Shown here piece after piece: positions 1 through 13,498 of a stretch of 64,000 nucleotides of DNA (its first letter is position 1; the number at the start of each line of letters is the position of its first letter). The DNA comes from Glaucostegus cemiculus (lineage: Eukaryota). The notes below the pieces were generated by a model. It worked only from the letters and a program-made list of their open reading frames with translations, was not told where the DNA came from and ran no database searches. Both the position numbers and the translations under genes were made by a program. Location: positions 186,001-250,000 of the forward strand of contig CDPCPM010000247.1 of assembly GCA_976551045.1 (NCBI GenBank), given 5' to 3'.

Positions 1-70
1 ATGTTTGTAGGATGGCACAGCTTGATGGGCCAAAGGACCTGTTCTGTGCTGTATTGTTCTATGTTCTATC
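1..70 (+). mobile_element. CR1 LINE 3' end
   Basis: gggccaaaggacctgttctgtgctgtattgttctatgttcta, the same tail as the other CR1 copies in the window. Confidence 0.7.
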
Positions 71-228
71 TTCTCAGAGATTCAAACTACACTGTATCAT
101 TATTTGTGTGCTATAAAATTAAACATTGTTTTTGCAATTGATTTTTGTAGAATGGCTTCAGATCAAAAGTGGTTGCCCTATTAATCTATTACTACCACAG
201 TGAGTAACAACTAATTTAAGTAGGATAC

Positions 229-3200
229 CTACTCCTTTGCTTCATGCAAAATCCACAATTGTGAGCTATGGAAGAAAGCCCATGATTAGATTTGACATTC
301 TCTGAAGGTATGAAAATAAAATTTCTAGAAATGTATTTCCAGATGAGTATATCTACCTCATACAAAGAAACCTTTTGAACATTTTCACTTCTCAGCTGCA
401 GGTCTGCACATCATAACTCTGCATATCAGAAGTATGAGTACCTGGCAAGAGATGGAGAAGTCAACAGTTTGAGAGTTCTGACTCCCAGCTGGTGGGTGTC
501 CTGTAGCTGCAGATTATCCAATGATGCCCTCCTGAGGTCTCATCAACATAATGTTGTTTTGTGAGAGTTTCACAGCCATTGTCTTTTTTAAATAATACCA
601 GGTTTCGATAGGCAGGAGGTGGATTGTTTCAGCAGATGGATTCAGGCTTTGACCAACAGCAGAGGCTGCTGGGCATGTGCTGTGTGAGGAATGTAAATCT
701 GACTTGAAATCCACTGAATTAACATGCTCCACCATGTTCGAGGAAGCTGTGTGGGAGCACTGAATACAGAAGAGGCGGCTGAGTGGAGCAAAGGGGTGGG
801 CTAAGTTTTGAAGGGAGGGGTTGGTAGATAGTGGGAGAAGTGATGCTGGCTCTCCCACCCCGATTTGTACTGCAAGAATGTTGATCTAGCATAAAATCAA
901 GCCCATGACAACTTTTCTCACTCCACCCACCACCCCACCCATGGATCAACCACGTCATTTTGAGAGAGTTACAGTTTTCCACTATCCTTTGGATAAAAAG
1001 TGCTTTCTGGTATTGATTCTGAGAATGTACCCCCTTATTCTGGAGTTTTTCACCAGAGGAAAAAGCATTTTCCACACCAAAATCTCAACACCTAAATCAG
1101 ATAACCTCTGGTCCCTTCATATTTACACTTAAACCAGATTAGCCTAGGTAGCAAAAATTCAGAGGCCTAGTCACTGAATTTGTGTTTAAATCTCATTGTG
1201 GCTGTATGAGAACTTACATTCAGTTTTAACACAATTTTGTCACACAAAGCTGATATCAGTAACCATGATTCTGCTGGATTATTGTAAAGACCCAGCATGC
1301 TTACTCATGTCCTTAAGGGAGGGAAACCCACCATCCTTAGCCAATATGAAGCAGGTGTGACTCCAATCCCACCAAAATGCTAACACTTTAAAGTGCCCAA
1401 ACAAGCTGTATCAATTCAGTACAAGTAATACTGTTCTGGAAAAAATGTCCAGAACTGAACATGTTTGGTGCTCTAAATTAAAAATCAACACAGTATTGGG
1501 CTGTTTAATTTACTGTCATAGTTCTGTGCCATTGTCTAATGATTTTTGATAACGTGGTCACTTCACTATGCTATTTAGGGTTATGAATTGACTTTGTTCT
1601 TGATGCATATTATCAAGTGTGCCAGAGTTGTGTAGACAATCACAGGCTAATTGCAGTTGGCAGCTCAGCATGACTCAGACTTCCATGCATGTAGGAGATG
1701 AGGGGAGGTCAAGTGCTGATGCATCTTATCTACCCCATGGCTAGATCCAGCATTGAACCCAGTCACACAGCAGGAATGTGCTGAGAAGGCCAGACGCAGT
1801 TTTACATCAGAGCTCTGAAAAAGTGGTTTATTTATTTCATTTTATTGTAATGTCTTTAATTTGTTGCTATCAATTTGGTGTTTTCAATTACATGTATGCT
1901 TTTTATTTTACTTTTTTTTTAAGAAAATGATTTATATCTATTTAAACCATAATTAAATACCTCAACTAGTGGTTAGTTGTCAAAAGCTGTCATGTTGTTC
2001 CATGGTGTTCTGGAGACAGGGATCAGACACATGATCCCTATTCACAGTTCAGAGGCTGCAACACTTCTTGCGTACAGAGGTTAGCTTGGCTGCCCCTCCG
2101 TATCCAGACCAGATGAGTGTGGACGGGCATAGTGGCTATGGGTTAAGGCAAAATCCAAGACAATTCAGCTCATGATTTCCCACTGGTTTTAGGGTGCCAC
2201 ATTGACAGTCCAGCCCAGCACAATAGAGTAATTTCATTTCTCACCTCATGATCTGCCATACTTGTTTAATGCTATGGCCTGTGGCTCTACTTGCTCTCTT
2301 TCAAAAATAGTATCAAATTTGAAGGAGAGGGCACTTTAAGGCTACAGATAGGTGTGTGAACCACAGGCCTTGTTCCTGTAACCTACATCACTAGTGCTAC
2401 ATTACCAGTAACACAGGTCTCAATAACCTTTAGTTGCTGGTTCCCCTTAGGACACAGCAGGTGACATAATAATATGGACCAGGTGATGGTCTATTGATAT
2501 ATCAAGCAGGTTACGGATCTGTACAGATCATTATATTCCCAATGGTTTTGGCACATTAAGATGGCTTTAAACCACTAACAGAATTTCACAGGTGTAAGAA
2601 GCAGTCAACTGCACCCATTCATGTCCCACTTGAGAGCATCAGCTGAAAGAACAAGAAAAACTTTAACCATGTAGATCACTTACTTTTCTGCCTACTTCAC
2701 ATAATGCAGTTTTTACTGTTCCTATTCTGAACCATTTGTAATGCTGTTCCCACGAAGAGGATGAGGAAGGTGACAGGCCTACCAAAAAACACTACAATGA
2801 GAAATGACAAAAATATTGAATTTGGATTATTAAAGGCAAATAGAAACAGGCATAGGCTGTATGCACATACTGGATATAGATCCCGTTGAGATCACTGAAG
2901 GTAGCAAACCTCAACTTTTATCCTTTCATCGTGAAAATTGAGAAAATACTACAAGCAGCAACAATGATATCGTGATATAGTTCCCTGTTGGCTTTAAGCA
3001 GCTGTGTAAAACGAGTGATTCCAGGATTTTCCATCTTTTCCATGTTGTGTCACACTGTTCAGTGCAGGTAATGGGTCTGTTTGCTACATCCTTGGGCAGT
3101 GGTATTGATGTACTTGCAGTATGTATCATTACAAATATGCAAGGGTCCAGAAACCAAATAGGCTACAGCAAGCATTGTAATTAAATTTAACTCATGCATT

Positions 3201-4762
3201 CAGCATTCTATTACGGTCAATGTTGCTTTTCAGGTCACATCTTTATTCACACTGCAGCCAACTAGACTGAAAAGTAAAGTTTACATGATCTGGCAATGCT
3301 GTGATTCAGTGGCACAATACAACACTAAGCATAAACACCAGCAGAGGGCACACTACAACTATGAAACCTCAGCCCTACAATTCTGGAAATGGATCTAACT
3401 GGTATGTTCTTAATATTTGTCTTTCTGACAACTTATCTCTGAAATGAAAGCTTTGGTTTACAAAACCCTGTCAGTATGAAATCAATTTTTACAGAGCTTC
3501 CATGTCATTAGTGCTTGTATTGCTGGTAAAGCACCAGTTCTCCACTGGCCATTCCTCTTTTACTGGTTTAACATGCGTGAGAAGTAGAAAGAGAAGACAT
3601 GTTGCTTGAGCACCCGAGGTCAGGAATTGAACTGCTCTCACTGGTTCCTTAGCAGTGTAATTTGAAACAAGATCATAATGCACAGACTACTCTGCAGTCA
3701 AACAGCAATTGGGTATCTATGGTTGATGCTCCAAAACCACTTAAAGCTGTGCTTCACCTCCTGCAGGGCTTTGTTGTGGCAATAAGGCTGATGATGCCTT
3801 TCATTTCAGGGTCCTGGTGACCTCTGTAATACCAGCCAAGTAAGTGTGTGGACCTTCATTCAACAGGTGACAGATTCTATCTTCATTAGGACTTTTGACT
3901 TTGTGAAATAAACATGTACATTGCATAACAGACAGGACCATCAAACTTGAGGCTCAGGGAAGCTGTTGAGACCTGTGTGTAGCTGAAAGTTCTACTTGAA
4001 GAACCTACCACTGACCAACAGGAGGGATTACCACTCACTGAGCTAATTGTTAACAACGCTCAATTCATAAATTTATCAAAGAAGCATTCCTAACCAGGAT
4101 TGGAGAACACTGAAGATTATTTTCTAGAAACTTGAAAAAAAGAATTATATTTGGAAGTTGATTAGGTCAATTTTAAATGTTGCAGCTTGTGTGTCTTCCA
4201 ATGTCACATGTCAACCCAATTTCTGGCCTCTGTTCCCAGGTACTTACATTGTCACGTGGTTCATCTGTGGGCCAATCTTTCGATATGCCATCGGCAAGGT
4301 CTCTGGTTCACCTTTGACTTTGCCAAGCAATGGATGAACTGACACTTTTGTACAGGCCACAAATATAAATTAATATGAAGCAGTAGCTAAAGAGTCTAAA
4401 TACTAGCATTTGTCACTAAACATGCCATTTCAGCAAATCTTTGGTTTTGTGTCAGTTTCACTGTACTAATGCAGTAATTCTCACCATCATAATATCTTTC
4501 TAGTATAATATGAATCCATAGAATTAAATTTGATTGTCATTTCGCAATGGAACTCCAGTCCTCCTGCACTTGCCCTCTCTGCACCTGGATCTGTGAATAA
4601 TTATAGAAATTGATGATCCATGTAACTCGGATGTTATTAAGTTTGACATTTGTTCTTTGCCAGTTGCAATGTCATGCACCAACAAAGAGGAAATCAGCCT
4701 CACCATGTTGACAGCAAGGCCCAAACCAGCACCGAGACCATCACACCTTTTGTTTGAACCAT
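229..4762 (-). pseudogene. Decayed zona pellucida ZP1/ZP4 (ZPB)-like gene: signal peptide, degenerate trefoil, ZP-N and ZP-C remnants
   Basis: Minus-strand, mostly GT-AG bounded segments in ZP1/ZP4 order: 4704-4762 MVQTKGVMVSVLVWALLSTW (signal-like); 4485-4590 ..GLEFHCEMTIKF; ~3490-3600 VKEEWPVENWCF (trefoil EEC..NCCF with Cys read as TGG); ~3285-3438 EISCQKD / IVPLNHS; 2910-3162 VSGPLHICND..ENPGI/LVLHSC../HDIIVAAC; 2684-2778 ..HYKWFRIGTVK; 372-441 VLILLICRVMMCRPAAEK*KCSK. Multiple stops and frameshifts. Family call is from remembered ZP motifs, not a search. Confidence 0.6.
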
Positions 4763-7700
4763 ATCTCCTCAAAGGTTTGTCAGGTCAGGGCCTGCTTTTA
4801 GAAGGAATGCTAGCTGTCAGTTAGCTAAACAGGCATTTCTTTGTTGTACTTTTTAATCTCTGAGTTAAGGGGATATTTACCTGTAAAGAGTATATTAACA
4901 GTCCTTTCATGGCAAGTATGGATATTCCATCTGTTTTCAATATGGGATCTGCATCTAGCTGTTTGTAGTCTGTTAGCATTTTCATAGTAATTACTGGTGT
5001 CCATGAAATAACCAAATAAAGAGTTTGTGTTATATACAGTAATTTACTTCACAAGCTCACTTCCCAGCAAAGATCATACCTACAAAATGCAGTCACTGTT
5101 ATTGTGTAGGGAAGTGTGACAGCTACTTTGAATGCAGTAAATTCTCTAAATAGCAATATGATAAAGTTTCAGATATTTTGCTTTGCTGCTTTGGATAAAG
5201 GATAAATATTGGCCAGCACACAAGAAGAAACCCCATATTCAATAACTGCATTGGAATCTCTGACTGTACAGCACCATTTCAGTCTTCTATTGTCAGTCTA
5301 GATTATTTGCTCATGTCATTGGAATAGAGCTAGATCATGACCTGATTCAGAAGCAAGAACACCAGCATTAAACCAAAGCTCTTGATGAACAATTAACAGC
5401 TGCTCCAATAGATCTCAACTGTCAGTCTGCAAGGAAAGCTATACTAGTAGGAGCAAACTGAACACTTTTTGAAAAAATAATTTGAATTGTCACTGGGGTA
5501 GGTTTTCAATTTGTTGCTCATGCATACATCCAGCATTGCAGATCAGCTGCTAAAACAGAGTTAATGGATACGAAGATTGAGAAATCTGTAATTGGCAGCC
5601 AATCCATAATGCCAGTATAATGCCTAGGTGGCAAGTTCAAAATCATCTTGTATTTTCCAGAAAATTATTTTCATAATCTATAGGAATCTTGATACAGAAA
5701 TTTTTACCATTTCTATGAAGGTTATCAATGACTGTTATTGCAAAAATCATTTTACTCTATGGTTATTTAGCAAAGCACAGCAAAAATATGAGCATAGGAA
5801 AACAAATCCTAACAATTATCTAATTTGATAAATATTCCTTTGATAGTCCCCATTCAATGCAGTGAGTGTGATTGACAGGATGACATATTTCATCAATAAT
5901 GCTGAAAAGAAGCCAAAAGGAATTGCAGAGAAAAAAGATTTATTTCTTATATGGTACCCTGAATAGTGTGACCCAGGTTAAAAACAGGTATTAAACAGTC
6001 TTCGGGTGTCTGAATTTCTGGCTGATAACTAGGTTATGGATATTAATATTTGAGCAGTTATTTAAAACCATTGATTCATAAACAGTGTTTTCCTAATATT
6101 TTTTCCTAATAATTTGTAGTGTAGCACAAGTTAGTAGTCACTGCTACATTTCACTGTTAACAAACTTAAAGATTTTCTGTTTTTGAGAGGAAATTTTCTG
6201 AAAAAATAAGACCAGCTGAGATCTAACATGTAATAAAAAGGAAAATGGTGTGATATGCAGATGGTGAGAGAGCAGTGAAGGCCTTCCTTTACAGCCCAGG
6301 GAAGAACACTACAAATTCTAATATGCCATATTTTAGATTACTATTTTGATGAGTCATTGAAGCATAAAATCACAAGGCACAGCGAGATAACATTCAGCTC
6401 ACTATGCTTGTGGCATCTCTTTGCTGGATCTGTCCAATTAGCCCCACTTCCCAGCTCTTTCTCTATATCTTTCAAAGCATTTCCTTTTCAAATAAATATC
6501 CGATTCCTTTTTGAATAGTGGTGAGTGGGATAGATTCTGTTGAAGCAGTGCTTTAAAGATCATAACAGCTCAATGCTTAAAAGAAATTCTTATTTCATCT
6601 TGAAGTGAAGACATCCAATTAGCATTAGTCATAATAATAAGTAGAAACTGAAGCACTTTATCCTAATTTTACAGGGCAGTGAATATCAGTGGGAGAGTTG
6701 AATGCAAAATACTGCAAAACACATGCCTAATGAGGAGAGCCGAAGGTTGTTACTCTGTTAAAAGTCAGAAAGAAAAAGAGTGAAATGGCATGGTAGGAAC
6801 AGTGGTGAGTACAAATTCAGATTTTAATATGTATGGTATACGAGATTAAGACAGATTTTCTAACTGCATCTCAAAGAAAGGGTTGGAACAGAATCAATTT
6901 TCAATTGTAGAAAACAGAATAAAAAGCTTATGCAATTTCTGTTTTAGGTTCCATGCTAGCAATTGCAAACCATGTCCAAGGACCATCTGTTGATTAGCTC
7001 TGAAAACATGCATCACAATTATAAAGTACACTGATACCTCCCAGTGTTTAAGGTGATATCTCCCAGTGTTTAGGATCCAGTACTGTACCTGAGAAAATCA
7101 ATCTTTAGACTTTTAGCTACAGGAATTCTGCTTCAGACTCTTCTCTGCCACTGATCTAATGTCAGAAGTGTGTAGGACTTTCAGTTCATTGCAAGGCCCC
7201 TTTAAAAGGCAATGTTGTGTATAAAGTGTTTTTTGACACCGACCTAATCTATAACATTCCTCAGTTTGATCCATGCATCTGAACCAGGTTGTAAATTTCA
7301 CTGTCCAACTTTTCTTTATAGTTGGCTAGTTAATGTTAGAATATTTGCAAAAAAAATTCCCTTCAATAGGTTTGCTATTAAGTCTGAAAAAAAAGTGTAA
7401 GCTGGCTATCTTATATATGCCAAATTGCTGAAGCATGCATGTGATGTAGGCTAATTTTGTATGTGTGAAGAAATATCAAAATGTGAGAACTGGTGCTGTG
7501 CAGTTACAACAACCAGAATGTAGAACAGCATTTCAAGCTATGAAGCAATCAGGTAGAAAGTGGCAAAGAATGCTAGCTCCCAGGTTAGAAGTTCCATGAG
7601 TGAGGAATGTACATCAATGTCCACCTGTCCTCCAGCTTCTGAGGCACTTAGTCTGTCCACTTGCTACAGTGATCTCACCAAATGAAGTTGACCTAGTCTG

Positions 7701-7859
7701 GCAGTTTATTCTTCAGGACTAGGCCAATTTAGCAAATGTTATAATTACGGAGACACCATTGCTGGTGGACATCAGCCTCCAAGCTAAAGGTCATTGAGTG
7801 CTTTCCTCAGTTCTTTGTGTAAGCCTGTGCAATAACATGCTACATGCACATAGCAACCG

Positions 7860-8290
7860 GAAACAAGAACACAAGAAAATAGGAACAGGAATATGCCACT
7901 TGGCACCTCAAACCTGCCCGTCATTCAATATGATCATGGCTGATCTGTTCCAGGCCTCAACTCCCCTTCCTTCCCAGTTCCACATAGCCCTCATTTCACC
8001 AATCTTTCAAAATGCATCTACCTCCTATTTAAATAGCCACAGTGCTCTAACTGCATAAGAGTTCCAAAGATGAACCACCATGTGTGAAAAGAAATTTCTT
8101 CACACATCAGGCTTAAATAACTTCTCGCCCTTTTATAGGTATGCCCTTTTGTTCCAGTCTCTCTCACTAGTGGGAACATCTCAGCATCTACCTAATCATA
8201 CCAATTAGGATCTATGTTTTAACTAGATCACCCCTCATTTTTCTAAACTTCACCCTTTTAGCCATTTGTGAGAAGACAACCCTCTCATCC
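7860..8290 (-). mobile_element. Old CR1-family LINE 3' fragment
   Basis: Degenerate similarity to the younger CR1 3' ends in the window (ataggaacagga..gccact..aagaaatttctt..cccctcatttttctaaac). Confidence 0.55.
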
Positions 8291-9993
8291 TGTTTGACTT
8301 GGACACCATAAAGCACTAGTAGTTCCAGACCAAATTCCCATTTACCCAGCAGATGCCTTCATGACCCATTAGAGAGTAAAAAAATCTGGAAGTAGCTGCA
8401 AGCAAACACATACTCCAGTTCAGATAGCATAGCTAATTGGTGGATGTTCCCGTTCTCCTGACTGACTTTGTAGATTAAAGGTAGCTGAACGTTTTCTGTA
8501 AAATCTTCTGAAAAAAGACATTAAAAGCACTAAGGTCTGCTCTGTGGTGTTTGTGATCACTCTCACTTCAAAAATTCTATCGTTAATAATGTTTTACAGT
8601 TTCTTTGTCAGGATACAGTAGAAGGCAACACAAAGAAAGGAGCAAAATGTTTCAGATCTTGAAGAAACAAGCTTGGAATCACTGTTCAACAATATTTACA
8701 GAAATAACATATGTCATGTGATCAGAGAAATTGGACTCCAGCCTCACCATACTCCATATAGAGTGCTGCAATAGCTTTATGGGATGCCTTGGAAAGAGCA
8801 AAGTAGATCACTAGTAAAGGACATTATTATATGTACTGTAACATATTGTGCCTCTCTCAATCTCTCTCATCTTTTGTACATCCTCAATGTCTTGTGTCTT
8901 TAACTATTGACTTTTTTTTATTAGCTATGACCACTGCTAAAGCTTCCTTCTTCACATGAAATATTAGTGCCTCTTACTATCCACTATTCTGATTTGGGCT
9001 GCTTCATTGTTACAGAATTATATAACCTTTACCCCTGTTTTAATTCTTGCTAACAAAAGGTCTCCAAACCAAATGTAGCAGTCACTGTTTTCCAGTTTCC
9101 ATTTTTCACCAGCACTAACCACTGAAGGTCAAACCAACTCGACGCATTTGTTTTAAAATCAACAATTGATTTCACTCTTCTAACCTTAACTCTTTATCAT
9201 TTTTTGAGCTTTAATTTGGTCTGTAGTGTCTTTTGGCTCATATATTTCTTATTGGCAGTTGCTTTGAACTTGATTTCCTGTATTTTCATGTGAAAATAAG
9301 GCAGCAACTGACAGTCACAGAAAATAAAATCAAAAATGCACTGACATTATGGTTAATTATTAACTTCCTTTGTTTCATGGTGTGCTTTTCTGTGGCTTCT
9401 GCATTAAATAAAAACAGTTTGCTCTGCGATTTTATTCACTGTGTTTCAGGCTATTAAATAGTTAACGGGCTACTGATGACTAAAGTGGCGAGTGACCCTA
9501 TAGAGAAAGTTGATTTAAAAGCATTGTTGGGCTATTCTGCCCCTTTGTTTAAGGTCTAGTTCCAAGTCTTATGTTAGCAGAAATGGAGTTTTCTCCTTGA
9601 TCCCACGGAACATGTGCTGATTAATGATCTGACTAAAAGGTTTGGGATACATAGTAAGTATTGCAATACCTATGGTGCCCTCCAGTTGTACTGTGAAAAC
9701 TCCACCAGCTCCACCTCTTCTTTCCCTCAGTTCCAATAAGAAGCAAATACTGGCTGGTAGTTGTTTTGACATCAGTGTCAATCTACCAATCATATCAAAT
9801 TTCTGTGTGTTCAAATGTGGTGCAGACCTGATGTATATATAATTACCAATGTAAACTATCACTCTGTGGACTGGTGAAAAGATATTGGAACAGGATTGGA
9901 ATTTCTCTTTTCACATAAATTACTTTTAAATATATTAATGTAGAATTTTGTTTTTCCTTTCAGGCTGCAGGAAAAGAACTTCATGGTACAAAC

Positions 9994-10048
9994 ATGATAT
10001 TGAGGATCATTCTTCTGATCAGCGCAAGTCTCTTAATTGATGCTGCAG
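9994..10048 (+). CDS. Coding exon 1 (signal peptide) of secreted Pro-rich C-type lectin-domain protein
   Basis: Acceptor tttttcctttcag|9964. ATG at 9994 gives MILRIILLISASLLIDAA+G, then donor gtaatt at 10049. Phase 1 joins in frame to the 18781 exon (G+CT = Ala). Confidence 0.85.
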
Positions 10049-11309
10049 GTAATTATAATTAGTTTGTTAACTTTGATGAAAATGTGATGTGTGTAAATAG
10101 AAGTGAATTCCAGTATAAAATGATAAGGGACTGTTTTGATTCTTTGAATTGTTACTGTACTCCCTCTGTAGCAAACTTATCCTTTTTTAGGTAAAGAGAC
10201 AAAACAATACATAATACCCAGGTACAGTCTTATTGAAACCCTTTATAACTTCTGTGAGGCATCTTTACTCCTGTACTGAAATCCTCTCAAAATAAACATC
10301 AAGGTACCATTTGTCTTCCTATTTGCTTATTGCATCTGCATGTAGGCTTTCAGTGACTTGGGTAAAAGAATACCTAGGTCCCTTTGAACATCAACATTAC
10401 CCAATCTCTCAGCATTTAAAAAAGTATTCAGTTTCTCTGCTTTGTTTTTTCTACCTTATATTGCATCAGCTTGTCGATATCACTTTGGAGTTTCTTTACA
10501 TTCTCCTCCCTACTCACAATCCCACCTAGCTTTAAATTGTCAGCGAACTTGGAAATATGACATTTGGCGCCTTCACACAATTATCAATATAGATGATGAA
10601 CAAATGGGCCAGGCCCCATTCTTTGTGGTAACCAACTAGTCTCACACACAGCAAACCTGAGAAACATCTGTCGATATCCACTCTTTGCTTTCTGTCTGAT
10701 GACTAATTTTCCCTCCATGTCTGTATACTACCTCCAACAGTCTGCTCTGATGTTGACCATTCCCTTGTGTGGGACCTTATTAAAAAAATCAAATATGCCA
10801 TATCCACCAGTCTCCCCTTATTTATCCCAGCTATTCTCACAGCTATTTAGCTTTGAGAGATGTTTGGGGTCAATATTACAGGTGTATTGTTATCGCCTAG
10901 CTTTCTTGAATACCACTAATGAAAATATGTTGATGGAAATTACCATTTAGGTTGTAGGTTAGCAAATATGTGAAATGGTGCATTTGTTATGGAAATATAA
11001 TGAGATATGACCTCTTGTATTTTGGAGCAGTTTAGAGTTGTGCAGTAAGATTAATATTAGTCAATGGTACTTGGTCCTCAATTAGAATAGCAAGTTGTTT
11101 TTAAAGCCACAACTTTTCAGAATTTTCTTTATTTACCATCTATTGGGAGCTGACAGAATGATGAAATACTGATAAGAATGCTACACGGTTGATACACTAC
11201 ATATAGCACCACACACTTGGTCCACTGCAGAGTGCTACATTGTTGGAGATACTATCCTTCAGATAATATGATAGAGTGAGGTTCACTTTAAGTGTCTAGC
11301 TGGATGTGA

Positions 11310-11920
11310 AATAAGAGCATGGGAGCTTAAGAAATAGAAACAGGAGTAAGCTTGAGCCTGCTCCAACATTCAACAAGACTGTGGCTGAAACTGTGTCAGA
11401 TCCACTTTACTGTTCCATCCCCAAATCAAAAAAACTATTGATCTTAGCCTTAAATATACCTGCTGACTGATCAGTTAGAATCTTCTGGACAGGAAAATTT
11501 TGTTTGTAGAAATTTCTCCTAATCTCAGCCTCGAATATCAAACCAGTAACCCTGAGACTGTCCCCTTAGGTCTAGACTCTCCAGATGGAGGAAGCAGGCT
11601 CTGGCCATCTACCCTTTCAATCCCCCTCTTAGAATCTTAAACATCTCAATCAAGTCAACTCTCATTCTTCTGATGTCTTGTGAGTAAAGGCTGATCTTAT
11701 TCAGTTACACTTCTTAAGACAACCCCCATTGTTCCAGAAACAGACTCAATGAATACAATAAGGCACTGGCTTCAAGTATATACCGTCTTCATTAAAACCA
11801 AACCTGCATGCACGACTCCAAGTCTATTTTCATTGAAGTCCTGGACAATTTAAATAGGACTTCCTTTCTTTTGTATTCCATCCCTCTAATAGTTAAGGCT
11901 AACATGTCAATTGCTTTGAA
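11310..11920 (-). mobile_element. Old CR1-family LINE 3' fragment
   Basis: Same degenerate 3' architecture as 7860-8290. Confidence 0.5.
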
Positions 11921-12294
11921 ACCAGAAAATGCTACAAACACTCAGTAGGTCCGCTGCATCTGTGGAAGTAGAAACAGAGTGTTTTCAACATTTTCTGGTT
12001 TTATTTCAGATTTCCAGTACTTGTATTTTCTTTGCTTTTCATATCAATTGCTTTTTAAGTACTTGCTCTATCTGTGTCTTCACTTTCTGCAACTCATGAA
12101 CTCATACACTGAAATCTCTGTATACACCAACATTTTTCATCCATCTCACCACAGAGGAAAAAACTCACATTTTCCTACTAACACCTAGCCCATTGTCTCT
12201 AGCCTTTTGCAGGATCTTTCTTTACTCCTTATGACTCATGAACTTTCCAAGTAGCTTTGTAACATATTGTACTCAACTAATCATTACTATGAAT

Positions 12295-13250
12295 TAGAAC
12301 ATAGAACAGTACAGCACAGGGTCAGACCCTTTGGCCCACAATGCCTGTGCGAACCATGATGCCAATTTAAACTAATCACATCTGCCTGCACATGGCCTAT
12401 ATCCCTGAATCCCCTGCCTTTTCTTGTCCGTCTAAATGTCTCTTAATTGTTGCTATTGTATCTGCTTCCACCACCTCCCCTGGAAGCACATTTCAGGCAC
12501 CCACCACTCTCAGAGTAAAAAAATGGCTTCACAAATCTCCTTTAAAGTTTCCCTCTCCCACCTTAAAGCTATGCCCTCTTGTATTTGATACTTTCACCCT
12601 GGGAAAAAGATCCTGATTATCTACCCTATCTATGCTTCTCATAATGGTATATACTTCTATCACCACCCCTTAACCTTTGACACTCCAGAGGAAACAATCC
12701 AAGTTTTTCCAAACTCTCCTTATACTAATAGTCTAATTGAGGCAACATCCTGGTGAATGTTTTTGGCACCCTCTCCAAAGCCTCCACATCCTTCCTGTAA
12801 TGCAACAACCAGAACTGCACAGAATAATCCAAATGTGGTCTAACCAAAGTTTTATACAGCTGCAACATAACTTCCCAACTTTTACATTCAGTCCCCTGAC
12901 CAATAAAGACAAGTATAACGTATGCCTTCTTTACCATCCAATCCACGTGTTGCCACTTACTGGGAGCTAGGGACTTGCACCCTGAGATCCCTCTGTACAT
13001 CGATACTCCAAAGGGTTCTGCCATTTACTGTGTACTTTCCTCTTACACTTGACCTCACAAAGTGCAACACCTCACACATGTCAGAATTGAACTTCATCTG
13101 CCATTTCTCCTCCCATATTTCTAACCGGCCTATATCCTGCTGAGTCATTTAACAACCTCCCTAACTATCCAAAACTCTACCAATTTTCACATCCTCTGCA
13201 CACTCACCAATCAGCACAACCACATTCCTGTCCAAGTCAGTTATATAAAT
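12295..13250 (-). mobile_element. CR1 LINE 3' fragment (end of RT plus tail)
   Basis: Minus-strand peptides EKWQMKFNSDMCEVLHF and QLYKTLVRPHLDYSVQFW..KDVEALERV; (ttctatg)n-like tail. Confidence 0.92.
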
Positions 13251-13498
13251 GATTTGGACAAAAATGTAAGTGGACTGATCAGTAGCTTGCAGAAGACAAA
13301 AAGCTGATGACTATCAGTACCCCATTGATAACAATCTTCTACTAGTAACATTCTTGTTATTCCCATCCTGTTTCCCACCCAGTTCTCCATTCGTACTAAT
13401 AGGTTGCCCACAAACTCGGAGACTTTATTTTAATGGAATAATATTTGATGCAAAACCTTTGTATTCAGTGTTTGAAAATCAAAACTTACTGCAATGAC

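Noticed and set aside
4524-5015. ORFs with KR-CDGLGAGLGLAVN, suggestive of a viral fusion peptide
   Set aside because: Another frame gives a signal-peptide exon with a splice donor that fits the ZP-like chain; no LTR, gag or pol nearby.
9983-9994. uORF start ATGGTACAAACA nearly identical to the ZP-like start ATGGTTCAAACA
   Set aside because: Only 12 bp with no flanking similarity; compatible with chance.
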